Both the position numbers and the translations under genes were made by a program. DNA of 64,000 nucleotides from Flectonema sp. DT1601 (lineage: Eukaryota). A model generated the notes under the pieces. The model worked only from the letters and a program-made list of their open reading frames with translations, did not search any database and was not told the origin of the DNA. Each line of letters starts with the position of its first letter. Within the stretch, counting starts at the first letter, position 1. Positions 25,501 through 36,905 of the stretch are shown one piece after another. The stretch covers positions 186,001-250,000 of the forward strand of contig OZ025803.1 in assembly GCA_964019425.1 (NCBI GenBank), in the 5' to 3' direction.

Positions 25501-28452
25501 ACATCACTTGAACCGTTGTGCTTGAAATCAGATGGCCCGACCTCCTTCAAGATCGTTGGACTTGAAAGAGACAAACAATACAATGTTACGATGAGAAATA
25601 AAATATACGACGTAAATGCTGGAATCAATGGAACAGTTTGTTTCGACAGCTGGCACTCAATATTTCATTTTAGAACACTTCCTAGAAGACCTTGTATGCC
25701 TGTTTTGTATGAGGCGAGACCGTTACCCACTGGAGGGTTAGTGGTTGGTTTTTTCTGGAGAACAGAACGTGATGCTGACTGTATAAGTGGGTTAGAGTTA
25801 AAGAGTACGGATGTGTCTATTTATAAACAAGGTGTATCTATGGCAATGCTCAGAGCTCGCTTTATAGAACTTTATGGAGTTGCTTACACTACGACAGAGA
25901 TATCTCCATCTGGTATATGGGATGTTGATGGCGATGAGGAAGACGACGACGACATTCGACCGTCTCGCGGATTCAAACAGCAGACTTCTCAAATAGATTT
26001 AGCATCTGGTAATTCTATAGCCGATACGTTAAGGATTTATTTAACATTTTCTGCTGATGCACTTCGAAAATTAATAGCCCAATCTCAAGGTAGACATCAT
26101 GACTTGCCAACTGGAATTCCCCCAACCGAATTAGCTTTACGATTATCACATATAATTATGTGTAATAAGTCTAATCAAAGTCACTACAGTGTTGTGAATT
26201 ATAAATTACTTCGAGGTCTTCATAGGAGTTATGTCAGACCTTTTCCTATTGTGACTCACAAGTTACAAAGAATACCTGACGTCAGTCCTTCAAGTTCACG
26301 GGCTGAGCAGTTGCTTCAAAACCTTCCTGGGAGTAGTTTTGTTCCTTTACTTAGAAAGATGAAAAGTGATTTGTGTTACTTGTCCGATACTCCTGAAGTA
26401 CAACCTGACGGTATTGATCCTAGTGGTTTAGATATGCCATCAGTTACTAATCTCTGTACTGTCATCATTTATGAAAACGTATCTGGCATGACGTTTGAAG
26501 GGTCCGTAGAATCACTTTTCGGCCCTCCACTGAAAGTCAGAACCCCTCCACCCGAAAAAACAACATCCACAACACAAACCCTAACCAAAGCAGAAGACTA
26601 CCTGAAAGGTTTATTATCTTGCGATAGTTCAGCTTACTTGGTTCAGGCGGCTTCGATTATCTCTTTAGACAACGGGGATAGCAACGCCTGGCATGTCGTG
26701 GGAGAAGTCGTAGGAGCAGGTTTCATACGAGTCATTCTAGAAAAAGGAAGGCTTTCCGACTACACTTTTCGACTCCGTGGCAGATCTGAATGTGCTGACA
26801 AACTTTTTAATTTCTACTCAAATAGATTGAAGGAAAGGAAATTATGGTCGTCATACTCTGTTGCTGTTTCTTGGAAGGAGAAACAACCTCCAAAAGTTTG
26901 TACCAACTTGCAATCGTCACATATAACTCACAGCAGTGCTATAATTAAATGGGTTCCTCCAGAGAATCGATCTTGTCATAATCAATTGACTTACTCAATC
27001 TTTATAATGAGAGTTGGTGATGATTCTAAATGGGTGGAGACTGTGAGAGTGTTAACACCAATCTGTCACTTAACCAACCTCGCAATAAGATCTACTTATA
27101 AAGTCGCAGTGCGAACATGTAGTACGTTTGGTTCTTCGTCTTTAAGTAAAGTTATTAGATTTTGTACTTCAATTCGAGCTGTTGAAAATAAATTATTAAA
27201 ACTCTCTCAGCTTGAATCACTTAAACAAGTGACGTGGTATTCTGGAGACTGGAAATGGCCTTATCCATCTCCCACAGAATCCGATTATGTCTCTCCTTTT
27301 AGCTCATCTTGTTTCCATCTTCCTGTAAACATGGAAGTAGGTTCTGCCACTAAGAGAAAGTTATACAGTCAACAGTTGAATTCAACACATAAAACACCTG
27401 CGTGTCTGGTTGTGCCTGATAATAAAGATGTTCTGCCGCCTGTTTGTATTCCTAAAGAAGGTCACTCGAATACGTCACTTGATGGAGGAATGATTTCAAT
27501 CGATAAATTAGAACATAAGAATACAATATCTCAATCAGGTTTAAAACAAAGTTTCTTAACAGAATCAAATCAAATTAAACTTCGCAAGCAGAGCTTCAGA
27601 AGAGCTCGTCGACGAAGACGTGGATCACTCTTAGAGACGGAAAGACGACGGAAATTCAAAATAGACGAACTCGAGGAACTTGAGGACCTCTCAGATGATA
27701 GAGACCTCCATTCATACAATCCACCAGAAGCTGATATTGTACTTATTAGTTGTTTAAAAATTCAAAGTCCCGTTCCGCCTTCACCGATTTCAGAGGCGTC
27801 TGGTTTACCAAAACAGATTGAGCCTGAGTTGAGTCCCAGAAAGTGCGTTGTCTTTAACATTGAAAACAAAGACAGTGAACTTCACATTCAAAAACAAGAA
27901 AGCAACGCCAGCAGCAGCGGTTTTGCTGACTCACAACTCTTTGTTGTTGAAAGCGAGTTGGAATCTTTAAACCTCGTACAAACTGAGGCCGATGATCTGT
28001 TTGCGGAGAGTGTGAAAAAGCTTCAAGTATCGAAATTGAGTTCAAAAAATGTCGTTGACACGGAATCGAACAGCGGGGGTTTACAAGGTGCACTAACTCT
28101 GAGTGCACTGTATCAAGTCACACCAGCAGCAACTGCAATACCTTCGACATGGGATGTTCAAGGAGATGATGTAAAAGATGTATCCCCTCAAGACTATCTA
28201 CCTCATGATGTTGTTAGTAACATTCCTGAGAAGGTTCGTAGAGTTCGTCCGCGTCCACCTCCAAAGTCTCTGATCACAACGTCGTTTCGAAGACGAGGTC
28301 GAGTGACATTCCATACTCGCAGAACTATTTTAAATACAAAAACGATTCCAAAGAATTGGTTCGTGTCTTCAGAAGTTGAAGATATCCTTGAAGGTCCCAT
28401 AAGCACACTTCCTCTTTATAATGCTTTTTCGGAGGAGATAAATCCTGCGTGA
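19569..28452 (+). CDS. Giant multi-fibronectin type III domain protein; exons 19569-21998, 22078-24165, 24237-25167, 25232-28452, ~2,889 aa
   Basis: Repeated FN3 signatures (GLEPATYYATRVR..SPWS, LRPNAKYGVKM..PWS, WGAWS, LQPDSVYRLTVRS, LTNLAIRSTYKVAVR). Three GT-AG introns join four long ORFs with matching phases. Confidence 0.88.
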
Positions 28453-28835
28453 TCAAAGCTAATGATTGGTTTATTTTAGTTCACTATAATCTCAATAACC
28501 CTCCATTTTTGGTGTCTCGTTAATTATTTACACTTCAAAATATTTTGATGTACTTTTGTGACCTCCCCCTCCTCGGTCCTTTATTATTAAAGAAGAAGAA
28601 GTCTGTTAAAAAGGAATTATTTTATTTTACAGTGGGGGGGGGGGGTGGGAGGGGTGGGGGGGGGGAACTTTGATACGATACGAAAAGATTTATCTGGGAA
28701 GAATACTGCAGGTCTGGGGGTACTCTCTGTGTGACAAAAGTGTGATTTTTTTTGTATTTCCATTTGAATAATAATAATAAAACTCATATTACCTTTTTAA
28801 AAGTATGAATCCATTATGGTTATAAATAGTTGAGG

Positions 28836-30896
28836 ATGACTAAACCACAAGATCTTGCGATCGATCAGCGTCAGAATGGATATCCACCTTTTACATCTGT
28901 TTTTGGAGGAAAGAGTGAACATCGGTGTTGGTATTCTTTAGGAGACCGATCAGAAATGGAAGCAAAAGAAACCGGGAGCGACTTAGCAACCAAAGCAGAA
29001 AAGCGTATCCTGGGAGCGCTATGGCCAAGTGGTGCGTACACTAATAGAGAACAGATGCTGATTTCAAGGGAAGAAACGAGAGTTCAATTTACATGTGTCT
29101 GGTGTAAAGACACACTCTCAATTCATTTAACGAGACCAAGACCTGAAGTTGTTTATATTCCTCAAATACGAGTTGAAACTATTGATACTGAGAGGATTCT
29201 TTCAATGTACAGTAAACTATCTCAAATTCTTACTTTATTAGAAACTAGTCCCGATTCTAGTCCTCAGATTTCAAAGGAAACTCATCCAGAACTTTGCAAA
29301 AGTAGAGATAAATATTTTGTCGCTCCTGTCAACATATTACAAGCAGTCGGATTCGAACGTGGTGATGGAATATACAAAGTTCCTCAAAATGCTTCTCCGA
29401 TTTTTCCAGGAGATATGAGAAAAGCTTTAGAATCAGAGATAGAAGCCCTTACAACAACTGGTGGTGACTGTGATTTATCAACTGCTTGGCTTCCATGGGA
29501 AACCGGAGCGTTAACTTCTCGAATCTATCATTATGTTGACAGGGTTAAAGTTCACTTGGAAACATTAATTCAACAATTCGAAGTATCAGGTCCGAGTGTG
29601 GAATTATTATTTGAGGCTAAGAAGACTTGGTCATGGACGGCATCGTACTGGTACTTTGAGTACTATTCAATAATTAGAAGTGATTATCGTTTACGTGCGA
29701 ATCTACTGCTGAATTCTGCTTCTGGATTGGTTTGTCACGTTCATAAACAGTTGTCTCACTGCACTGATTTGTCTCTTTGCTTTGGATATCGAAGAAAAGA
29801 AGCATTTCCTCCATCTCTAATTAGAGTTCATGGATTCGTTACGTCATTTATTCAAGCATTATGGTGTTGTAGTGAGACTTACAGGAGTGCAGTGTTGGCC
29901 GTCCAAGTTTCCGATGCGGAGAAGGATTCTGAATTTCTGTGGTTTTGTAAACTTCAAAGACTGCTGGCCCACATGACTTTTGGAAAGTACAACAGCTACG
30001 ATGCAAAGTTCGTCTTAGAAATGTGCGAATGCCGGATCACATCATCAAAGAATACCAATCCATTGTTTTCACAAGGACTCACACCACACTCGTTGTTATC
30101 TCTGCTGACTACATCAGTTAGTCAGATTACTGGGCTTGCTGTTGTTTCGTGTATTGCTCTCCAGTTGGATCCCCTCCCTCAAAGTCTCAAGCTACTCTTC
30201 CCTTCCGCAATGGTTGAGGTGCTCTCTCTTGAGGATCTCATGGAACTTCGTGAGTCGGCTGTTTTTCACATCGCATTGAAGCCTTCTCAGTGTCCGCTGG
30301 CTGAGTTGGATAATTTTAGTCGAATTCAACTCCAGTTCGATTGCGAGCTGATGAGTGACATGAAGGGGATTTTCTCGGAGATCCAAAGTCGGAAAAGTGA
30401 TGCTACCGAATATCAGAAGTTGGTGGAGAGTTTGGAAGGCGGATGGGACAAACTGAAGTGTAAGGGTGATGAGGTGAAGGTGGTTTGCGCAGAGTTGCTG
30501 CGTTGCGGTGAAGAACGAGAGCGTGAGCTAAACATGCTCAAAGAGAAGTATGACAACATGTTAACAACAATTAGTAATTCAATACTCAATGGAGAAGATC
30601 CAACACATGGTTTATCATCAATCTCGTGGTTACTTCCTGATGGGTCTGCTTATTGTATGTCACGTGATCCCTGTCCTCCACATGTTTGGTATCACTCGGC
30701 TTCAGATAAAGAGAACATTCAATCTTATGATGTAATCTCAAAACTTTCATCATTCCCAACGGGAACGGAGATGCATTTATTTTATGAAGCAATTGTTTTT
30801 GATACCACTTCTGAAGGAAGTCAACAACAACATCATTGTTGGGCTTCTATCGTAAGTGAAAGTGAATCTGCCGACCAACAATGTGTGATCCCTTAA
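28836..30896 (+). CDS. Protein with a PUB-like segment and a degenerate USP (peptidase C19)-like domain
   Basis: Long ORF; ILQAVGFE (PUB-like); FVTSFIQALW..YRSAVL..LQRLLAHM resembles the USP region after the Cys box; coiled-coil insert. Domain calls are by eye. Confidence 0.55.
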   Translation: MTKPQDLAIDQRQNGYPPFTSVFGGKSEHRCWYSLGDRSEMEAKETGSDLATKAEKRILGALWPSGAYTNREQMLISREETRVQFTCVWCKDTLSIHLTRPRPEVVYIPQIRVETIDTERILSMYSKLSQILTLLETSPDSSPQISKETHPELCKSRDKYFVAPVNILQAVGFERGDGIYKVPQNASPIFPGDMRKALESEIEALTTTGGDCDLSTAWLPWETGALTSRIYHYVDRVKVHLETLIQQFEVSGPSVELLFEAKKTWSWTASYWYFEYYSIIRSDYRLRANLLLNSASGLVCHVHKQLSHCTDLSLCFGYRRKEAFPPSLIRVHGFVTSFIQALWCCSETYRSAVLAVQVSDAEKDSEFLWFCKLQRLLAHMTFGKYNSYDAKFVLEMCECRITSSKNTNPLFSQGLTPHSLLSLLTTSVSQITGLAVVSCIALQLDPLPQSLKLLFPSAMVEVLSLEDLMELRESAVFHIALKPSQCPLAELDNFSRIQLQFDCELMSDMKGIFSEIQSRKSDATEYQKLVESLEGGWDKLKCKGDEVKVVCAELLRCGEERERELNMLKEKYDNMLTTISNSILNGEDPTHGLSSISWLLPDGSAYCMSRDPCPPHVWYHSASDKENIQSYDVISKLSSFPTGTEMHLFYEAIVFDTTSEGSQQQHHCWASIVSESESADQQCVIP

Positions 30897-31299
30897 TACG
30901 GTGAGTAAGAATTACTGTAATTCTCTCTTACTTATGTTTATTTTATTTTGTCTCATAGGCTACATTGCTGAGTGTACCGTCAACCTTTTATCGGTATGTG
31001 TTTAAATATTATTTGTTTTATTCCCTGTTTGCCTTTCTACTAAAAGCGTCATATCAGAAGTTGTTAAGAAAAGTGGATTCTTAACTCGCTTTAAGCGTGA
31101 ATCGCGATATACAGCTGCAGGAGCTTTCCTTGTAGAATTGTTTCTCTATATGTTACATTTAAATTCTCAAACAAACAACAGACACGACGGCAGCAATGAG
31201 CAACAATTTGCATGAGGAGTTGTTTTATACCAGTGTGTGGTTGTGATTTTCTTATTTATTTATTTTCCATTTCTTAAATTCGACAGCACACCACTCAAT

Positions 31300-34200
31300 A
31301 TGATTATTCATTGGTTTTTAACAACAGTGATATGTATCGTGTGTTTGTTAACTGTAGTGTTTGTTGTTTCTATTCCGTTGGGAGTGGCGATGCCTGATGA
31401 TGGAAGTGGCTGTGTTATGACTCGAATGTGGCCAAATTGGATCACCGAAAACGAATCATCGCCATACCGTTTAATGAGATACTCTGATGGTGAAGATCGT
31501 TCAAGTACTGATCCTTATATGAGAATACCGATAGTATTTGTTCCAGGTAATGGTGGATCGTATAAACAAGGACGAAGTATTGGTCACGTCATGTCTGAAG
31601 ACCCTAACGGAATTTACACTTTATACGCTGTGGACTACATTGGTGAGCTATCAGCATTGTCTGGAGAAATATTTAGTAAACAACAAAAATATTTACACGA
31701 AGAAGTAGTTAAGACTATCAGGCGACTACATAGACTGAAACCCACCACTAAGATTGGATGCATTGCTCACTCGATGGGAGGAATTGTTGCTTCCACCGAT
31801 GTCACTAATTGGAGTTTTGTCATCGCACTGGCAACGCCATTTGCTCATCCTCCGATACTGGACGACTTATTGTTTGAAGCTGCGTATGATTCATTAAATA
31901 AGAAACCAGACATACCAATAGTCAGCGTGTCATCTGGTATTCGTGATTTCATGGTTCCAGCTTCTCAGTCTAAACACGATCTGTTTGTATCCACATACGT
32001 GAGAGTCAGTGATATCGATGCGAGGGTTGAGTGTGATCACCTATCGATACTTTGGTGTAATCAAGTTGTTATGTTTATAGTAAAGACACTTCTTCCATCG
32101 GAGGGGAAATACCGAAATGAAATTCCTGAAAAGAAACTATTGAAAACCAGTCGAGAGAAAACAAAATGCGCGGAGTTCGTTGAGTCGGACTCCTCATCCG
32201 AAAAGTCTGTTGTTTTGTTATCAACTTCTACTGTTAGTAGTAAAGAATCAAAACAGATTGAATCTGTTAGGTATTTCAAGCAAATATCTTCACGAGTAGC
32301 TGTCTCTGCGTTTGATGCATCGTGTGCGAACATATCAACGTCAGTCTGTTTTCCAGAAGGTTCTTCTTGTTGTGATGATATCACGATACCTTCTTACGAT
32401 GTATTATTCTCTCCTACACTTAGTGTGAATATCAATTTCCCACCAGGACGTAGTTGTGGTCTCTTATCTCAACATAGCTTGCCATGGTTCCTGCGGGGGC
32501 TCGTGTTCAGAGCTTCCCATTCAAGTCGAAGTTGTGAAAAAGGATCAAATTCATATTTCATTAAAAATGGAAATAAAATATCAAAACGAGGAGTTATTCT
32601 TGCACCGGATAATAATTATTTCTGGATAACTGAAATAATTAAAGACACGTCATGTGACTCAACTATTACTTTATCACCTCAATGGGCTGCTTCAAGTTGG
32701 GTTCAATTTACATCCAACGGAGGTGTCGCATCTCTTGTTTTGACTGTCTCGGTGCTTTCTCTACAATTAGGAAACATATTTCATTTAATTTCCTTACTGT
32801 CGCTTTGTATCTTACTGTCCCCTGTGATGGTTCTTGTTGGGATGTCGGTCAAAAAGATTTTTCGGCTTCTAACTTGTATCGGAATGGCTTTACTGCCAGC
32901 TTCTAGTGCATCAAAACAACGTGTGTGGTTCGTGCCAGGTATGTATTTATTTATTTAAAACTATTTACAACATGTTACTGAGGAGATCATCAAGTAATGT
33001 CGCGCATGTCAATTCAGAAAACTGGGGAAAATAATAACTTGATTGTCATTTAGGGACGATCATTTTTTTTTTTCACAATAAAAAAAAAAATAAAAAACAA
33101 AAATGAACCACCTTCTTCCTTAGAAGGAATAAAAAGCCTTCGTTATAAATAGTGAACTGGTTGTTTTAATATAAAGAAATGTTAGTCTCAGTGGGGGGTA
33201 CACAACTAACAAATGGAATTCACACGAGTTACTTCAATTGGTGAGCTGACTGCGTCTGTGCAGTCAGCTGGAGCTGTCGCTGTCGCTGTGGATGTCGGAG
33301 GGACAAACACACGAGTCGCATTGAAAGACGTCAACAGCAACATCACAGCAGCAGTTTTCAAAGAAAAAATCAACTCAAAAGTTGATCTTCTTAACATGCT
33401 TTCTTCTATCGGTGTTGCCCTGAACGGCAAGAAGGTTGTTGGTGCTTCTTTAGCTGGACCAGGACCCCGCAATGCAATGGGAACACAATTGGGTCCATTT
33501 TCTAACTATCGGGGAGACTCAGTAAATGATAAGATTATTCACAAGAAGGAATTACCTTCCACTCTGTTTCCTCAAAACAGCACCACATTACTTAACGACT
33601 TAGAGGCTGCAGCGTATGGTATCGCATCAGTGAGTAAATCTGATCAACTGGCGTCTAATTTCACAATGATGTGGGGTCCAAATGACGCAAAGAAAATGTA
33701 CCTCGAGAGGGGACCGTACTTAATCATAGCTGCCGGCACTGGTTGTGGAACAGGTCTCGTTTACTTAGGTTCTAATGGGAATATTGAAGTCATGCCGTTG
33801 GAATTTGGACATGTTAGTGTTGTCACAGAATCTGCTGAGGAGGAATGGCTCTCATATATGAAACCAATTCTTAAAAGAGGTGATAAGCCTCCTGAGTATG
33901 ACGATGTGGTTACTGGTAGAGGTTTATTGTGGGCCTACAATTTCTACAAACAGAAATCAACATCTGTTTCTGTTCCAGAATTAACTGATCCTGCAGAGGT
34001 TGCGATGAGGTCACATAAAGGATGTCCAGTTGCTGGTCAGGCGATGAAGACTCACTACAAGCTTCTTATGAATTTAGCATCGAATCTAACGATGGGATTC
34101 GTCTTGGGTGGTGTTGTTGTTGCTGGTGATAATGCTATGCACAATGAGCCATTCTTATCGTCCCCAGAAAATATAAAATTCCTCAAACAATCATACCTTT

Positions 34201-35345
34201 CACACACAACTGAGCGCATGGGTTTCCAGTCTCGCGCTAATGTTATCCGCCAGTCTGGTTCTCTTTCTCTCAATCTGTTGGGGGCTTTCTTTAAAGCTGT
34301 TCCTGTTAACCCTTCAAGTAAGTTGTGATATTTATATTCTACTAATGATTATTATTAGGGGTCAAAGTCCAGCAACCAACCAGTTGTTGTTTTGTGCCCC
34401 ACCCGTGAATTGACAACCTACCGAAAAGCTGCGTCGGGGTCAGGTGACTGTTTCGGGTCCGGTTGTTTTTTACAACCCCTCGAGAACATGTTCTAACTTC
34501 AGTAGAGGCTTACTTCTAACAGAAAATTTGTGCGTTCGCAAAAAAAAAAAAAAAAGAAAAGTGGGAAAAAAAAAAAAAAAAAAAAATTGTGCGTATGTCG
34601 GTTATCTGAGCTGCAGTTTCTGACCACTGTGTTGTTTTCCTCGAAAGTCGTTTTTTAAAAAAAAAAAGAGAATTGTTTACGTTCTATTCTCCATTAATTC
34701 CCCGAAAAAGAGGTACCTACGAGTATTATTGTTGTGGCGAATATGTTACCTTCAACATCTAAAATATTACCATTCTTATGTAAACTGGGTATGGATGGTA
34801 TCTGTTTTTCCTTCTTAACAGGTGGATTTGGGTTCCCCCTTCACAACATTTTTTTTTTGGGAGACAAGCAAGATGTTCAAAAAATTCCTTTTTTTAGTTT
34901 TTTCTTTTTTAAAAAAATTATATCAATTTCTGACAAAATATAAAACACAGCGATACTTGCTATAGCGACTCCTTTCATGGGACCTTTCGCATCTGCTGTT
35001 GGATGGTTACTGGCAATCTTGTTTAGATGCGATCCTAACTTAGTAGAAATACTCTTACTAAATGTTGTGGTCACAAGCGTTCCATTCGCTGCAGGGACAC
35101 ACATCCGATCTGTACGGGGTTGCTTTGGTGATACTGTTATTCTTTTGGCTCTTTCACGTAGTTTATATTCGAAGTCATTACCGTTGAGTTCGATACCTGA
35201 TTGGATATATTACAGTTCTGCGGTAGCCATGATGACTATGCTGTTCAGAGGATCACCAACAACGTCGATAACAATTCTGGGACTCACCACGTTGATAACG
35301 ACTGAAATTAATATCCGAAGTCGAGTTAAAACTCACAGCAACTAA
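31300..35345 (+). CDS. PGAP1: GPI inositol-deacylase, PGAP1/Bst1-like; exons 31300-32938 and 34951-35345, ~677 aa, with a 2,012-nt intron
   Basis: C.MT.MWP, FVPGNGGSYKQGRS, AHSMGG lipase motif, RDFMVP, DHLSILWCNQ. Donor G|GTATGT and acceptor AAAACACAG|CG are both phase 1. Exon 2 is hydrophobic and ends KTHSN. Confidence 0.82.
33213..34328 (+). CDS. Glucokinase (bacterial/trypanosomatid type) with C-terminal PTS1 (SKL); intronless, inside the PGAP1 intron
   Basis: AVDVGGTNTR, LLNDLEAAAYG, AAGTGCG, PLEFGH, VTGRGL; ends SSKL. Confidence 0.9.
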   Translation: MEFTRVTSIGELTASVQSAGAVAVAVDVGGTNTRVALKDVNSNITAAVFKEKINSKVDLLNMLSSIGVALNGKKVVGASLAGPGPRNAMGTQLGPFSNYRGDSVNDKIIHKKELPSTLFPQNSTTLLNDLEAAAYGIASVSKSDQLASNFTMMWGPNDAKKMYLERGPYLIIAAGTGCGTGLVYLGSNGNIEVMPLEFGHVSVVTESAEEEWLSYMKPILKRGDKPPEYDDVVTGRGLLWAYNFYKQKSTSVSVPELTDPAEVAMRSHKGCPVAGQAMKTHYKLLMNLASNLTMGFVLGGVVVAGDNAMHNEPFLSSPENIKFLKQSYLSHTTERMGFQSRANVIRQSGSLSLNLLGAFFKAVPVNPSSKL

Positions 35346-35478
35346 CCCCGTTGTTCCCTCTCTGTGTGAGAGTTATAAATTATTATGGGGCGAGCTTTCT
35401 TGACGAGTGGTGTAAAACATATTAACTCAAAGTAGACTTTATTTACAATTCTTAAAAACAGTACGCAATATGAAATGA

Positions 35479-36381
35479 ATGGGTAGACTGAGATCACCTC
35501 TCTTAATACAAATAGATGGGAGAGATGAGAAGGGGCACAGGCGAAAATCACGTCGAACATCACTCGCAGGTGTGCCAAGGGAGTTGTGGACATACATAAC
35601 TGATTACTGTGAGGTAGAAGATCTACTTCGGATGGTTAGAGTGAATAGACAGATGGCGAGAACTGGTATGCAGATACTGTGTGATCAATATCCTCATGTA
35701 GCACCGGCATTACCGTGTAGTTTAAAAATAATGAGGGGAGGTGTTCGATGGCAAGTCCGTATATGTCTTACAGCCATAGTAATAAAAAGAGAAGACCTCA
35801 CACATAATATAACAGGTGGGATCTCATGGGTAGGAAAAATACTTGATTGGGTTGAAGGTATGGCCATGGCTGGTCATGTATCACCTGCTCGAGGTGCTTG
35901 GGCACCAATTCTATCAACAGCATCTCTTGATCTCAGCTCTCTTATGAGTGATGTTATACCAAACTTACCCCCTTGTTCACAAATAGAGCAGTCTACTTCT
36001 TCTCGTCATCGTTCAACTATGTCTCTTCTTGGTCCATTCTCACCCAGTAAACACAATAATAATCAAATTGAACCTTGTGAACGTCAGATCGTTCTCGACC
36101 CGAGAAAAACATCATTCATGAAGTATGTGTTCCTTGTGAGTTTGTTTATTGTTGTAAGAGAAGAAAGGAAATTTGAAAGAAAATAACAAGAAAAAAAACA
36201 AAACAGGATGAGAAACATGCTCGATCTTTGCGATGAAATAATATCTGAGGACATCTCAATGAATGATCTCGTGATTTCGTATAGTTCTAAAGCTTACGAT
36301 AATAACACGTTGACTGACTCATCACTTCTTAATACTGATATCAGTTTATCTGCAACGGAGACAACATCAGTGAAGGCATGA
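35479..36381 (+). CDS. F-box protein; exons 35479-36122 and 36207-36381
   Basis: LAGVPRELWTYITDYCEVEDLLRMVRVNRQM F-box pattern; phase-2 GTATGT..AAAACAG intron. Confidence 0.72.
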
Positions 36382-36864
36382 ACTTACTAATATTGTTTTT
36401 TTTTTTTTTTTTTTCCCCCCCCCCTTTTTTTCTGTCCACTTCACGTTGATCTTACCATGTTCGATACTTCTTTGCAAAAAAAAAAAAAAAAAATTCATCA
36501 TCACTGCGAGAATTAATAAAAAAGAAACCTGATCTGATCCCATGCTGTAGTCACTATTACTAATTATATTTCTGTTTTATATCTTCCAACGGGAGTTGTC
36601 CTTACGGACGTTACTCTTTTTTTTTTTTTTGGGGGCAATATGATTCCCTTTCCCTTTCGACGGCCTCCACCAAAGAAACTTGGCAAAGACCTGCAGTATC
36701 CTTCTCGGATCGTATTAAGCCCCCTTTTGACAGCATGCATGGGGTTTGTAATGTCAACAGTTGGGTCGTTTTTTTTACATGGCAAACTCAGGCCAAACCC
36801 TGTTTTTTAGTTTTAGCCATTTTTGAAGTTGCTTTATATTTAATTACAGTATCAGGTTATCTCC

Positions 36865-36905
<41 letters not shown>

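Noticed and set aside
13546..36381. Ubiquitin-system gene cluster (RING-CH, USP-like, F-box)
   Set aside because: The genes are interspersed with unrelated ones and belong to large families, so chance is sufficient.
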